64,000 nucleotides of DNA from Verrucomicrobiota bacterium (GTDB lineage: Bacteria > Verrucomicrobiota > Verrucomicrobiia > Opitutales > Coraliomargaritaceae): assembly GCA_039815375.1 (NCBI GenBank), contig JBCBZJ010000005.1, forward strand, positions 64,001-128,000, in the 5' to 3' direction. Positions 63,156 through 64,000 of this stretch are shown piece after piece; the first letter of the stretch is position 1, and each line of letters starts with the position of its first letter. The notes below the pieces were generated by a model. That model was not told where the DNA came from. It ran no database searches and saw nothing but the letters and a program-made list of their open reading frames with translations. The position numbers were made by a program, and so were the translations under genes.

Positions 63156-63899
63156 TTAGAGGCTGAATACAGTCATAATTCCAGACATGGCCAGCCAAGC
63201 CAAAGCCATAGAGATTCCGCGAGATAAAATAGCGATCCATGCTGCTGTGGTCCATGTCCGCACAAAGGTCATTCGTTTTACGAGAAAAATTAGCATAACG
63301 AATCCGGGAATCGAGCGAATAGGATTTTGCAGATCGGTGTTTAGAGTATAGTCAAAAAGTCCGCCGATGAAAGCGACACCCAGACTCATTAGGACCAGCT
63401 GCCAAGTGGCAGGCGAGTATGCAGAGATTTGAAAAGTGATCGCCAGCACAGCGAGAGTAAGAGCAAATTCCAGAAACAGTCCAATCGTGATAACGCGGTG
63501 CTGATCTGAGGGAGCTTTCAACCAGCCCTTATCAATTGCCTTCTGCTCGGCTTCGAGTACTTCTTTTAGGCTCTCCAGATGTCTGCTGCTTTCGTAGCTT
63601 TCGCTGATCGGAGCCAAGGCCTCTTCGACCTCCTTAATACTTGCTGCGATCGTTTGCTCACCCCGGTTTGTTTGAAGGTCAATGTCGAAAAGTGGCTCTT
63701 CGGGTTCTTCCAGAGAAAGTCCTAAATCAAGCAATTCAACCCCTGGGATCGGTTGGATTTCTCCGCTGCCGATTTCCATATTTGCCTTACTCTGATCTAT
63801 TGCAGCTTTTGCACTCTCAAAGGACAGATTTACCTCGGGAGCTTGAGCGTGAACGACTCCGAAGCCCGTGAACAGGGCGATGAGTAGGGTGCGAAACAT
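63156..63899 (-). CDS. Hypothetical membrane protein
   Basis: Signal peptide, acidic soluble region, about 4 C-terminal TM helices. Confidence 0.75.
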   Translation of the reverse strand: MFRTLLIALFTGFGVVHAQAPEVNLSFESAKAAIDQSKANMEIGSGEIQPIPGVELLDLGLSLEEPEEPLFDIDLQTNRGEQTIAASIKEVEEALAPISESYESSRHLESLKEVLEAEQKAIDKGWLKAPSDQHRVITIGLFLEFALTLAVLAITFQISAYSPATWQLVLMSLGVAFIGGLFDYTLNTDLQNPIRSIPGFVMLIFLVKRMTFVRTWTTAAWIAILSRGISMALAWLAMSGIMTVFSL

Positions 63900-64000
63900 A
63901 GATAAACTTTCTGATTAGGTGAATCAAATTACGGGGAACATCTGGATTGGCACAATTCAAATTTCCTTAATTTGTATAATCAGCAAGTGTTAGGTCTGTT

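Overview
Gene-dense chromosomal window. The protein families, gene order and general scarcity of Shine-Dalgarno motifs suggest a Verrucomicrobiota (Opitutia, Coraliomargarita/Puniceicoccaceae-like) bacterium; this is inference, not a database result. Housekeeping genes dominate: ruvA, dapAB, menB, metG, mrp, tolB, der, galE, uvrC, cinA, tcdA, serC, hemH/hemA, katG, tRNA-Phe and tRNA-fMet. The window also holds a succinate/propionate module, an RND pump, oleAB, a soluble hybrid kinase and a FabF-ACP-CrtI-like lipid cluster. The best candidate for an undescribed system is a co-oriented five-ORF unit at 10223-14355 behind a long AT-rich control region. It encodes a small ORF, a probable Hanks-type pseudokinase, an acidic-tailed unknown protein, an orphan ParA ATPase and a protein with RNA-polymerase alpha-CTD-like repeats. 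Other notable signals are degraded attC-like hairpins around accessory genes (33.3-34.7 kb and 54.6-55.6 kb), an atypical initiator tRNA, a 6S-like RNA, a 24-bp palindrome formed from two overlapping gene ends and a C-X5-C-C-X9-C ferrochelatase. No CRISPR array, rRNA, transposase or integrase was seen.
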